Source: Prasinococcaceae sp. CCMP 1430 (lineage: Eukaryota; Plantae; Prasinodermophyta). From it: DNA of 64,000 nucleotides. The stretch covers positions 410,603 to 474,602 of the forward strand of contig RQSC01000002.1 of NCBI GenBank assembly GCA_013416795.1. Reading direction: 5' to 3'. Below the pieces are notes generated by a model, which saw only the letters and a list, made by a program, of their open reading frames with translations, did no database searches and was not told where the DNA came from. Positions 31,805 through 41,894 of the stretch are shown here, one piece after another. The translations under genes were made by a program, and so were the position numbers. Positions within the stretch are counted from its first letter, which is position 1. Every line of letters begins with the position of its first letter.

Positions 31805-32401
31805 TCACGCCACCACGGGCTCGAGCGCGCGCGCCGGCAGTGCATCCGCCCCAATGCCGCCCGGGACGCGCCCGTCGATGCCGCCCTCGTCGGCGGCCGC
31901 CGCTGCGGCGCAGCGCGCATCCTCGAGGCGGCAGCCGAGAGCCTGCCCGAGCACCGCTGAGGCGATGGTGAAGAGCACGGCGTAGCGCGGCAGGAGCACC
32001 GCCTTGCGCAGCGAGACGACCAGCGGGATGCTCAGGTGGACCGCGACGAACCACTCGGCGGAGAACTTGTCGACGTGCGAGCGCCACGCGCCAAGTGGCA
32101 CGTTGGTGAGCGCGGACGTGGCGGCCACGGAGGCGATGCGCACGTGCGTTGCGCGCGGACGCAGGGCGCGCACCTGCGGCGTCGCGGCGAGCGCGGCGCG
32201 CAACGCGACGACCGGGGCGGGGCACGTGAGCTTCACCCTGCGCTTGCGCCCGCCGGGCTTGCGCGGCGGCAGGTTCAGCACGCCGGCAGCGGCGCGCTGC
32301 AGCCTCGCGACCGGGCACTTGCTGTCAGGGCGGAAGATGCCCTCGTAGTCGCCTTCCGCTGACGGCAGCGCGACGCCACCGTCCGGGCGCGCGTACGGCA
32401 T
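31805..32401 (-). CDS. NHR2A/B-like (At5g45410/At4g25030 family) protein; 5' end unclear
   Basis: KCPVAR, CPAPVVALRAALA, NVPLGAWRSHVDKFSAEWFVAVHLSIPLVVSLRKAVLLP...FTIASAVLGQALG match the plant family consensus as recalled. Confidence 0.75.
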   Translation of the reverse strand: MPYARPDGGVALPSAEGDYEGIFRPDSKCPVARLQRAAAGVLNLPPRKPGGRKRRVKLTCPAPVVALRAALAATPQVRALRPRATHVRIASVAATSALTNVPLGAWRSHVDKFSAEWFVAVHLSIPLVVSLRKAVLLPRYAVLFTIASAVLGQALGCRLEDARCAAAAAADEGGIDGRVPGGIGADALPARALEPVVA

Positions 32402-33216
32402 CGACACCTGCGCGCGGCGCGGCGCGGTCGCCGCTCCCAGGCTGCGTGCTGCTTCTGGCGCTTGTGCGGCGGCGCGACTTTGCCGTCGCTGGGCTGTACT
32501 CGCGCGGCCGCACTGCCTTCTGCGGGGCTGCTCCGCCTGGTGGCAGCCTCCTTGCTCCTGCGCTCGTTCTCCTTCGTGTAAGCGTCCATGAGGATTCGTC
32601 CAACCTCGTACACCTCATCAGTGTTTACCTGCAGGTCGGCGAAGATCGGCCGCATATCGACGTTGTTGATCACGCACGCGACGTACAGAGCCGCGACCGC
32701 GGTGACATACGGCGGATAGAGCAGGCATACGTCGGTATGGTACGAGTCGTTGCACAGCGACCATGCATCCTGCGTGACTGCACCGAGGCGCGCGCGGTCG
32801 ATGAGCGTGAGCAGCGGGCGGTACGGGTGGAACACCACGAGATCGCACTCGAGCCCCTCGAGGACATGCATCTCGAGCTCGAGCAGGTCGGTCAGCGTTA
32901 GGTGGAACCCCAGCGCTCCGGCGTATCGCACCCAGTGCTTCGCCTGCATAGTGCACTCCTCTGCCTTGGACGCGAGGTAGAGGCACGCGACGCCCACCGC
33001 CTGCGGGTCGTACTCGTCGTCGCGGTTGGCGACCGCAGTGAAGCGCCGCAGCATGACGATGGCCGTCGCGGCGACGCGTTGGCGCATGCGCGCCTTGCAC
33101 GACAGCTGCACCATCCACATGGTCGTGGCCGCCAGCGCGCCGCGGCCCCTCGGGATATCCACGCGCGGCAGGATCCACCGGCGGCAGTGCGTTGACTGCC
33201 AGAAGTTCGACGCCAT
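32275..33216 (-). CDS. CYCC: Cyclin C (Mediator CDK8 module)
   Basis: MASNFWQSTH, RQRVAATAIV..RRF, ACLYLASKAEE, LLELEMHVLEGLECDLVVFHPYRPL, NDSYHTDVCLLYPP. The C-terminus reads into the next gene. Confidence 0.9.
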   Translation of the reverse strand: MASNFWQSTHCRRWILPRVDIPRGRGALAATTMWMVQLSCKARMRQRVAATAIVMLRRFTAVANRDDEYDPQAVGVACLYLASKAEECTMQAKHWVRYAGALGFHLTLTDLLELEMHVLEGLECDLVVFHPYRPLLTLIDRARLGAVTQDAWSLCNDSYHTDVCLLYPPYVTAVAALYVACVINNVDMRPIFADLQVNTDEVYEVGRILMDAYTKENERRSKEAATRRSSPAEGSAAARVQPSDGKVAPPHKRQKQHAAWERRPRRAARRCRCRTRARTVASRCRQRKATTRASSALTASARSRGCSAPLPAC

Positions 33217-33905
33217 CGCCGCCGCCACCGCAGCCTCCGCGGCCGCAAACGCAGCACGATCGCAGCAACCAGCGGCCGTCCCCTCCCTCTCCCTCTCTTC
33301 CGAACCCACCGACTCGCCCCCGCCCCGNGCGACGGCGCGCGCGCGCGCGCGCGCGGCCGCACAACGCCAGCGAGCGAAAAAGGGGAGGGGAGACTGGGCC
33401 GGGCGAGGCGAAAAAGCGCGCGCGCGTATCTTTTCGGCGCGCGGCGGCGGCCCGCCCCCCGCGCGAACCCAACCGTCCCCGGAATGGTCGATTCGATTGA
33501 TTGATTGATTGATTGATGTGACGCCTGCCGCTTCGTCGAACGGACGGGCCCACCGCACGCGCATGTGATTGTGATGGACGACGACGACGGCGAGCTCTCG
33601 CTCGTCTGCACGCCGCCGCACGCAACGGCGAGCAAAAGGCCACCGCGACAGAGGCCGGGCGGCGAGCGGATGTGCATGCGACGAGGGGGTGCCGTGCGCT
33701 TCGCGCCCCCGGGACGCCTGCAGTCAAAGGTGGTCCGGCAGCCCCGCGTCGACGCTCGGTCGGTCGGTCGGTCGGTGCGTCGGTCTGCGGGCGGGCAGGG
33801 CAGCAGCAGCAGCGGCCGGGACACGCGGGTCCCCGCCCCCCCTCGCCCTCCTCGCACCAGCGAGGCAGCCAGAGGACCCGCTCTTCTACAACGTACAACG
33901 GCGAG

Positions 33906-33958
33906 CCTAAAAACCCTTATTATAAACCCTTAATTCCAAACCTTAACCCCCCTAACCC
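33906..33958. repeat. Degenerate telomeric-like (CCCTAAA) cluster / telo-boxes
   Basis: cctaaaaaccctt...aaaccctaattccaaaccttaacccccctaacccc upstream of cyclin C. Confidence 0.65.
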
Positions 33959-34486
33959 CGGGCGAACACCCGCCCGCTGCCCATCCCACCCGCTCGGCTG
34001 GGAAAAAAAAAAGGGTACGCCGTCATCAAAACGAATCTCCTTTTTTAAAAACCATTTTTGGCCGCTTTTATTTTTGTGGCCTTTTTCCCCAGGTGGCAAG
34101 CCCCGCTCCGCGGGAGTTCCTTGGATTTGATGGTGCGTGCTGCGCGGCGCAGCACCGGCACAGGAAAAAAAAAAACGCAGAAAAAAGCACGGCAACAGCA
34201 CGGCAACAGCACAGAAAAAAAAAAAAAAACACAGGAAAAACACAGCAAAAGCAACAGCGCACGGCAAACGCGCGTGCGGTATGATGCGCGTGGTATGGAG
34301 CGCGACGCGCCCGCGGCCCCTTCCGTTTTTTTTTCCCCCCGCGTTGTTTTTGTCGCGCGGCGCTTTCGCGCGGCGTTGCGTTTTTTTTTTTTTGCGTCGC
34401 GCGCGCGCGAGGAGGGATCCGCGCGTGGGTAGGGCGCGCGCATGTGCGGCTCGGGGGGGTCACTGTCATTCGTATAACGTTCGTCN

Positions 34487-35225
34487 TGGCCGAGCCCCCC
34501 GCGGCGGCGCCCGCAGCGCCAGCGTCTCCAAGGCGTGCCTGGTTGACCAGCTTGCGCTGCCCCTCCACAGTACACACCTGCTCGTCGTAGTCAAGCTCGC
34601 GCGAGTTGTACTCGTCTATCTCGTCCTGGAAGTCCCCGAGATTGTTGATGTGCTCCCACGTGCACTCCGAGTACGGCAGCCCGACCCATTTGCAAAGGTA
34701 CTCTTCGCCTTCCTCACCCTCGCGCTGCGACACGATGCGCTCCACTTTTTTGTGGTCGGACATGACATTGGCTTCCATCTCCGCCGAGATGGCCTCGGCC
34801 TCGAGCTCCTCCTCCGTCATGAAGGCATGCTCCGCCACCTCGCTTTCCTTGCGTTTCATGTAGTTGGTCACGCGTTTGAAGCCGCCCAGCTGTTCGAGCG
34901 TCGCGTACGAATCCCAGCTGTTGTGCATGTGCGAGTATCCCTTCCACTTGACGAGGAACTCGGCCTTCTTCCAATTGCGCGGTGGCCTGAGGTCGTCGAG
35001 CTGCGGGTGCGACGTCCCGTCGTCGACATACTCGCCCGCGGCCTTCTCGAGCTCAATGTCCTGCCGTTCCTCCACGCCGGGCCTGTGCGCGATCACCAGT
35101 TCCACCGCATCGCCCTCCTCCTCAGGCGCGGCGTACTCGTAGCCCGACTGCTCCCACTCACGAAGCTCCGCCTCCTCCTCGCTGTCCATGAGGTCTGCGT
35201 CGGAGTCTGTGTCCTCGTTGTACAT
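34487..35225 (-). other. CHD1: Fragment of a CHD1/CHR5 chromatin remodeller (tandem chromodomains only), truncated at both ends
   Basis: EFLVKWKGYSHMHNSW..., KRVTNY, HKKVERIV...EYLCKWVGLPYSECTWE. The 3' side ends at N 34486; on the 5' side an in-frame TAG lies two codons upstream of ATG 35225. Confidence 0.8.
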
Positions 35226-38200
35226 GCCCTAATCAAGGGCGAGACGCGCGCGGCGGCGGCCACCCAAGCGGGGTACAGATGCATCGAAGCGCGCCGGCTC
35301 GCGCCGCTCGCGCGCGAGTGCGTGGCCGTCCGGCGGTCGCAGCGCGAGCGCGCCAGCGGCGGCCGCGAGCTGCGCGCCAAGCGCCACAAGGAGGTGGCGC
35401 TGTACCACTCGCGCGCCGAGCGCGCCCACGCCAAGAGCCGCGAGCTCGACCACAAGAAGATGATGGAGGCGCTCAAGGCCAACAACATCGAGGCGTACCG
35501 CGAGATGCTGCTGCAGCAGGCGCCAGCGGGCGGCGAGGGCGCGCTGGACACGACGCAGCGCGCCGAGGCGCTCGAGGGCTTCCTCGCGCAGACGGAGCGC
35601 TACGTGAGCACCATCTCGCAGAAGGTGGCCGCCGTCAAGATGCAGCAGCAAATCGCCGAGGCCGCCACCAAGGCCGCCGAGGCGGCAGCCGCGAAGGGCC
35701 TCGAGGACGAAGAGGTCGCCGAGGAGGGCCGCCGCGCCGCCGAGGAGGCCGCCGCGGGGCTGGCGGGCGGCGAGGCGGCGAGCAGCGCCGCCGGCGCAGC
35801 CTCGGACTCGGCGTCGTACTACGGCCTGGCGCACTCGGAGAAGGAGACCATCACCGAGCAGCCGAAGATGCTGCTGCTGGGCAAGCTGCGCCCCTACCAG
35901 ATGGTCGGCCTGCAGTGGATGGTCAGCCTGTACAACAACCGCCTGAATGGCATCCTGGCGGACGAGATGGGCCTCGGCAAGACCGCGCAGACGCTCGCGC
36001 TCATCGCGTACCTCATGGAGAACAAGGGAAACTACGGGCCGCACCTGATCATTGTGCCCAATGCGGTGGTCATCAACTGGAAGGGGGAGATCCAGCGCTG
36101 GCTGGGCAACGCCGTGTCGACGCTCATCTACGTGGGCAACCGCGAGGAGCGCCTCAAGCTGCTCGAAGACGTGTCCGCGCCGCGCTTCAACATCATGGTG
36201 ACCTCGTACGACTTCGTCATGCGTGACCGCGCGCGGCTCTCGCGCGTCGAGTGGAAGTACATCGTCATCGACGAGGCGCAGCGCATGAAGGATCGCGAGT
36301 CGCGCCTCAGCCGTGACCTGGACCGCTTCTCCTCGCAGCGCCGGCTGCTGCTCACGGGCACGCCTCTCCAGAACGACCTCATGGAGCTCTGGTCGCTGCT
36401 GAACCTTCTTTTGCCCGACGTCTTCGACAGCGCGGGGTGGTTCGCTGACTGGTTCGCCAAGACCGCCGACCCGGACGAGGCGAGCGGCGAGGATGCCTGG
36501 CTCGAGCAGGAGAAGCGCACCATTGTGGTGCACCGCCTGCACCAGATTCTCGAGCCGTTCATGCTCAGGCGGCTGGTGGAGGACGTGGAGAAGAGGCTTC
36601 CGCCCAAGGTGCCGCACGTCGTGCACTGCCGCATGTCGGGCTGGGAGGCATACGTATATCAGTGGGTCAAGTGGACCACCACGGTGCGCGTGGACCCTTC
36701 GATGGCCTACGCGCGGCCTCTGCCTCCCGGGCGCAACTGGACGTCTCTGCAGAACCGCTGCATGGAGCTTCGCAAGGCGTGCAACCACCCGTGGCTGACG
36801 GCCTCGCGCGGCCCTATTGGCGGCCCGCCGGCAGCACCGCACCGCGGCGTGGCGGGCCCTGCGACGGTGATGACGTGCGGCAAGCTGCACGTGCTGGACC
36901 GCATGCTGGTGAAGCTCAAGGCGTCGGGCCACCGCGTGTTGCTCTTCTCGACCATGACCAAAATGCTCGACATTCTTGAGGACTACGTGACCTGGCGGTT
37001 CGGTGCGCGCTCATGGCTGCGCATTGATGGCAGTACCGCGCTCACCGAGCGTGAGACCGCCATCAACGAGTTCAACGCGCCCAACTCGCGCGTCTTCATG
37101 TTCCTGCTGTCCATCAAAGCTGCTGGACGTGGCCTCAACCTGCAGACGTCGGACACGGTGATCATGTACGACCCTGATCCCAACCCCAAGGCGGAGGAGC
37201 AGGCCGTGGCGCGCTCGCATCGCATCGGGCAGACTCGAGAGGTGCGTGTGTTCTACATGGAGGCGCTCGCGCCTGCGGACCCGTCGTGGATGGGGGCGCT
37301 CGGCGCTGGGGCCGAGGGTGGCCCAGACCGTACCAGCGGTGCGGGTGCAAGCGGTGGCGAGAGCGCAGAGGCTCATGCGGGCGCGCTGGGCGACCAGAGT
37401 GGTATGGCCACCAACGGTGCACGTGGCGCGGGCGCAGTTGCCGACATGGACGTCGACGGTGGTGCGGCGGATGACCTTGCCGGTGGCAACGCTGATGACT
37501 GCGCCGATGGCGCCGATGGCGGTGCGCATGGCGGCAGGGGCTCCAATGCCGTGTGTGAGTCCATCGAGGGCATCGTGAGGAACACCATCCAGAAGCGGAA
37601 GATTGAGATGGCCGAGGAAATCATCGACGCGGGCAAGTTTGACCTGAACACGAGTGCCGGTGAGAAGAAGGACACGCTCGAGAAACTGCTGCAAGCGCAG
37701 GCGGAGGGCAAGGCGGAGGTGCGCGTCCTGCGCGCGCCTGGCGCTTCCGAGCTCAACCGCATGCTCGCGCGCAACGACCGAGAGCTCCGTGACTTCGAGG
37801 CGATGGACCGCCGTGATGAGGGGTGGATGCCGCCGCTGCTCACACCGTCCGATGTGCCCATGTGGCTTCGCCCGTCGCGGCGCGACCTCGTCGCGGCGTT
37901 GATGGACCGCGCGAACGCCGGCAAAGGTGTCAAAGCCGGCACGCTCGGCGAACACACCGAGGCGATCATGCGGTGGGCGCAAGAGGAGCACGCTCGCAGC
38001 GGCCGCGTGGCCGGCTTGGGTGCAATTGATGCGGAGCTCACGGGCTTTGGGCGCGGGCTGCGTGGCGCTGCCAGCAGGGGTAATCTCTCGGGGCTTGGCG
38101 ATCCTCAGCCTGCGGCGGAGGCGGTCGACCTCACTGCCGTGGCAGATGAGCCATTCGAGGATGCGGTCTTCCCCGACGCGCCAACTAGGGAGAGCGCACC

Positions 38201-39437
38201 CCCCCCGCTGGGATTCTTTGACCCGAAACAGGCTGAGCTCTCCCTCGCGCGCTTTCAGGGCAGGTGCATGCCCGAGCACGAACACGCGGCGATTGAGGCT
38301 GCCCTCACGCGGCTGCGAATGGAGCGCTCATCGCGGTTCTTCGCGCGCGTGCCCACCCGCCGCGAGGACGGGGAGTACTACCATAAGGTGTTCTACCCGA
38401 TCGACCTTGCCTTCATCGAGGACGAGCTCGCGCGTGGGAGGTACGCAAACCCGGGCGCAGTCGTGGCCGACCTGCACACAATGCTGGGGAACGCCGAACT
38501 CTATTACGAGGCAGGTAGCAGTATAGTAGCAGCAGCAGCTGAGATGCGCGCGGCCGTTGAGCGCGTGGCGGCGGAGCTGCTCAGCCGCGAGGAGCTCGAG
38601 GCCGCTCGATTGGCGGGCGCCAAACCGGCTGGTGCGAATGACGACGCAGCCGCTGCGGCGGTAGCCGTGCCTCTGCCTCAGGCGCCGCAGGCGGGCTCCA
38701 AGAAGATCAGTGCGGCAGCAGTGGCCGCTGCGCGGCAGGCGACCAAAGCGCGCTCGCTTGCAGCCGACGCGCCGGCGGACCCACCCGCAGATGCACCAGC
38801 AAACGCGTCGGCCGCACCAGGCGCGGACGGTGGCGGGCCTGCTGCGCCAGCAGCGGATGGACCCCCTGCAGCCGCTGGGCCTGGCGCGCAAGCGGCAGCC
38901 TGCGCGCCAGGCGCAGCGGGTGCCGCGCCCGACGCCTCACGCGACCACAAACCGAAGAAGGAAAAGAAACACAAGAAAGACAAAAAGGCCAAGAAGGAAC
39001 GCAAGCTTGCCAAGCGACTTCGTGACCAGTCGGAGGCTGGCGGCGGCGCGCACACGTACACCGAAGGCGCGAACACTGCACCACTTCCTGAGGGCTCGCT
39101 GATGAGCGATGACGTCAACGGCGGCGACGGCGATGTGTCAACGAAGCTAGGCGCACCGAACGTGGCGGGGCCCTCAAAAGACGTCGTGACCTCCGGCGAG
39201 GCCGGCGCTGCGCACATGCATATGCATGGCAATGGCGGTGCAGCAGGCGTTGGTGCTGTGCACGCATCCGCCCCCATTGCTGCTTCTGCGGGGCCCTCCG
39301 CGACGGAGCCACCTGCGCCGGTGCGGCGCCTCGCCATCAAAGTCAAGCGCCCGCGTCTGGACGCACCCGCCGCCGCGGGGGCAACCGCGGATGGAGCGGC
39401 GCAGCCACAGGCGGCTCATCCGCCGCAGCAGCAGTGA
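35226..39437 (+). CDS. BRM: SWI/SNF ATPase BRAHMA-like (HSA, SNF2 ATPase, helicase C, bromodomain), 5'-truncated
   Basis: MEALKANNIEAYREMLLQQ, GLQWMVSLYNNRLNGILADEMGLGKT, IVIDEAQRMKD, RLLLTGTPLQN, GRGLNLQTSDTVIMYDPDPNP, bromodomain YYHKVFYPIDL...NAELYY. Confidence 0.92.
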   Translation, partial: ALIKGETRAAAATQAGYRCIEARRLAPLARECVAVRRSQRERASGGRELRAKRHKEVALYHSRAERAHAKSRELDHKKMMEALKANNIEAYREMLLQQAPAGGEGALDTTQRAEALEGFLAQTERYVSTISQKVAAVKMQQQIAEAATKAAEAAAAKGLEDEEVAEEGRRAAEEAAAGLAGGEAASSAAGAASDSASYYGLAHSEKETITEQPKMLLLGKLRPYQMVGLQWMVSLYNNRLNGILADEMGLGKTAQTLALIAYLMENKGNYGPHLIIVPNAVVINWKGEIQRWLGNAVSTLIYVGNREERLKLLEDVSAPRFNIMVTSYDFVMRDRARLSRVEWKYIVIDEAQRMKDRESRLSRDLDRFSSQRRLLLTGTPLQNDLMELWSLLNLLLPDVFDSAGWFADWFAKTADPDEASGEDAWLEQEKRTIVVHRLHQILEPFMLRRLVEDVEKRLPPKVPHVVHCRMSGWEAYVYQWVKWTTTVRVDPSMAYARPLPPGRNWTSLQNRCMELRKACNHPWLTASRGPIGGPPAAPHRGVAGPATVMTCGKLHVLDRMLVKLKASGHRVLLFSTMTKMLDILEDYVTWRFGARSWLRIDGSTALTERETAINEFNAPNSRVFMFLLSIKAAGRGLNLQTSDTVIMYDPDPNPKAEEQAVARSHRIGQTREVRVFYMEALAPADPSWMGALGAGAEGGPDRTSGAGASGGESAEAHAGALGDQSGMATNGARGAGAVADMDVDGGAADDLAGGNADDCADGADGGAHGGRGSNAVCESIEGIVRNTIQKRKIEMAEEIIDAGKFDLNTSAGEKKDTLEKLLQAQAEGKAEVRVLRAPGASELNRMLARNDRELRDFEAMDRRDEGWMPPLLTPSDVPMWLRPSRRDLVAALMDRANAGKGVKAGTLGEHTEAIMRWAQEEHARSGRVAGLGAIDAELTGFGRGLRGAASRGNLSGLGDPQPAAEAVDLTAVADEPFEDAVFPDAPTRESAPPPLGFFDPKQAELSLARFQGRCMPEHEHAAIEAALTRLRMERSSRFFARVPTRREDGEYYHKVFYPIDLAFIEDELARGRYANPGAVVADLHTMLGNAELYYEAGSSIVAAAAEMRAAVERVAAELLSREELEAARLAGAKPAGANDDAAAAAVAVPLPQAPQAGSKKISAAAVAAARQATKARSLAADAPADPPADAPANASAAPGADGGGPAAPAADGPPAAAGPGAQAAACAPGAAGAAPDASRDHKPKKEKKHKKDKKAKKERKLAKRLRDQSEAGGGAHTYTEGANTAPLPEGSLMSDDVNGGDGDVSTKLGAPNVAGPSKDVVTSGEAGAAHMHMHGNGGAAGVGAVHASAPIAASAGPSATEPPAPVRRLAIKVKRPRLDAPAAAGATADGAAQPQAAHPPQQQ

Positions 39438-39594
39438 GGTTCTACTCGCTCGCTGCGTCAACGTAATGACGGTGGATTATTTTCTTGGGAAGCTCCGCCC
39501 CACCCGCCGTGCCGCACGCGGGCTTGCCCCCCGCGGAGGCGAGGCGATGTGTGCTGCTTGTAGTCGTGCTATATTACGTCGCAAGGCCTAAGCA

Positions 39595-41368
39595 TCAAAA
39601 CGCCCCAGCGCCACGCGCGTCCCTGCCGGCGAGTTTGCCGAAGACAGGGGCGAAACCGCCCCTGCTGATTGCCTGCAGTCGCTCCGACGGAGATTCCGCG
39701 GCGTGAAGGCGCAAGCGCTCCACCATCCCCCAAGCGGCTCGCGCCCTCGTTTCCTCCATTTCAGCCCCGCTCTCCCCCCCGACGCTCTGTAGCTGCTCGC
39801 GCAGGCCCGTGGCGGTCGCTCGCTCCGCATCGGCCACCTCCAATGCCGCTGCCAGCTGCCGTTCGAGCTCCCACACGCGGTGCGCCAGCGACTCGACGGA
39901 CCCCTTGCGCTGGTACAGGTCGTCGCTCCCCTCTCCGACAACGTCCTCGCCCTTGAGAAAGTTTGCAACCACCGTGTTGAGGTCCTCAATCTCAATCAGG
40001 AACGCGTCGTGGCCGTGGGGCGAGCGTATGGTGTGTAGCCGCGCGTTGGGCATGTGCGAGGCCACCTCCGCCTGCAATTCGAGGGGGTACAGCACATCCG
40101 AGTCTATCCCCACCACGAGCGCCCGATGCGGGAGCGAGCGCAGCACATCCGCGTACTCGCCCCTCCCGCGACTCACGTCGTGCGAGTCAAGCGTGTGGGT
40201 GAGAGCCACGTAGCAATTGGCATCGAAGCGGTCGATGAATTTGGAGCCCTGGTGGTACAGATAGCTCTGCACCTGGAAGAAAGGCAGGTTGGAGGTGGAT
40301 GAGGCGGACGAGACGCCGCTCCCAACGCGAAAAGTCTTGGACCCCGCATCCGCAGGCGGATGCGCGCTCCCGCCGCCGCCCTCCCCCCCGTTGCTACCGC
40401 CCTGACTTGGCACCTGCTGCAGGCCGCGGTTGAACTTCTCGGCGACGCTCGCGGGTGCCCTGTACTGAAGCATTGCCATCATGCGCGCGGTCGCCAGCCC
40501 CGCGTTCGGTGGCGCGTCGTCGCCGTAGCGCCCACCCTTCCACTTGTGGTCGGCGTAGATGGCTTGCCTGTGCGCTTCTGAGATACCGATCTGCCAATCT
40601 GCGAGAGCGCGCGCGCGTCAGAGGACCTGCAGGGGACGCGCATCATTTTCACACAGTGGCCCCCGTGAAGCCAGCTGCACGGTCGCATGCACCCGCGCAT
40701 CCGCTTAGCCCCCTCGCGTACGCCCGCGCCCACGCGCCCGCATGCGCACTCGTACCCGTGTGTCTGCCGCACCCTGCGATCATGACCACGCTGCCCACAA
40801 AGTCCGGGTGGCATGCAGCCCACTCCAGCGCGAGCATGGAGCCCATGCTGCCCCCCAGGACGCAGCGCAGCCTCGTCACGCCCAGCTCGCGGAGCAGCGC
40901 ATACTGGGCGGCCACGTTGTCGCGCATTGTCACTGGTGCGGGGAAGTCTGCGCCGTACCGCGCTTGCTCTGTCACTGCGGCCTTGTCGTCGCCATCTGCG
41001 TCACCGGCGCCGGCAGGCATGGGTGTCACGGGGCTCGTCGACCCGTAGGGGCTGCCCAGGTAGTTGACGCACACCACGAAGAGCTTGGTCGTGTCGAGCG
41101 CGTAGCGCTCGCCCTCGCCTATCATCTCGGCCCACCACTCGTGCACATTGCTGTTTGAGGTGAGCGAGTGGCCTACGATCGCCGCATTGTCTCCCGCCGC
41201 ATTGAGCTCGCCGTAGCACGTGTATGCCAGCGTGCAGCGCGCCAGCTCGTCGCCGCACTCGAGGCGCAGCGGCGCCTCCAGCACGAGCGTGCGCGCCTCC
41301 GGCGGCACGCCGAAGCCCGCCTTCATGTGGTCGCCGGGAATGGCGCCGCCATCGCCGTCGTTCGCCAT
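39595..41368 (-). CDS. metX: Homoserine O-acetyltransferase (MetX/Met2); exons 41368-40756 and 40598-39595
   Basis: YTCYGELN, GHSLT, VNYLGSPYGSTSP, GGSMGS nucleophile elbow, SYLYHQGSKFIDRFDANCY, GIDSDVLYP, SPHGHDAFLIE. A phase-1 GT-AG intron (40755-40599) restores the frame. Confidence 0.92.
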
Positions 41369-41894
41369 CGCCGCGATCACGCCCAATCTCCCTCCCTCTC
41401 CCACTGCCGCCTGGCGCCCAGCGCCCACGCTGTGGCGAGCGCGAGCCGCAGCAGCGGCGGCGGCAGCAGCAGCACCGCACCCCCGCAGCAGCCGCCGATC
41501 GGGCACGCACTCTTCCCGTTTTCCGCCGCGCGCGCAACGCGTCCACTGTCCGGAAAGTCGCACGCTGCGCGCGGGGTGCGTTCTGATGACGGGGCGGACG
41601 AAAGCGGCAAACGCGCCCCCGCCCCCCACCCGCCCCCCAGGGGGAGAACATCGAGAAAATAAAAAGAAATGGTATCATGGAGTGGGTTGGCACGTTCGGG
41701 GCTGCCACGTCGGACGCCGCCTGCCACGCCTCCCACCGCACCTCCTCGCGCCACAGCCGGCGCGCGGCGCGGCGCGAGGGCGGGTCCGCGCGCCCTGCGG
41801 CACCGGCCCGTCGATCGCCTCCGTGGGGCGGCCGTGCCGGTCGGACGAGCTGGAGGTGGTCGCCTCCGAGGGCCGGCCGGCCGGCGCGGGCGAG

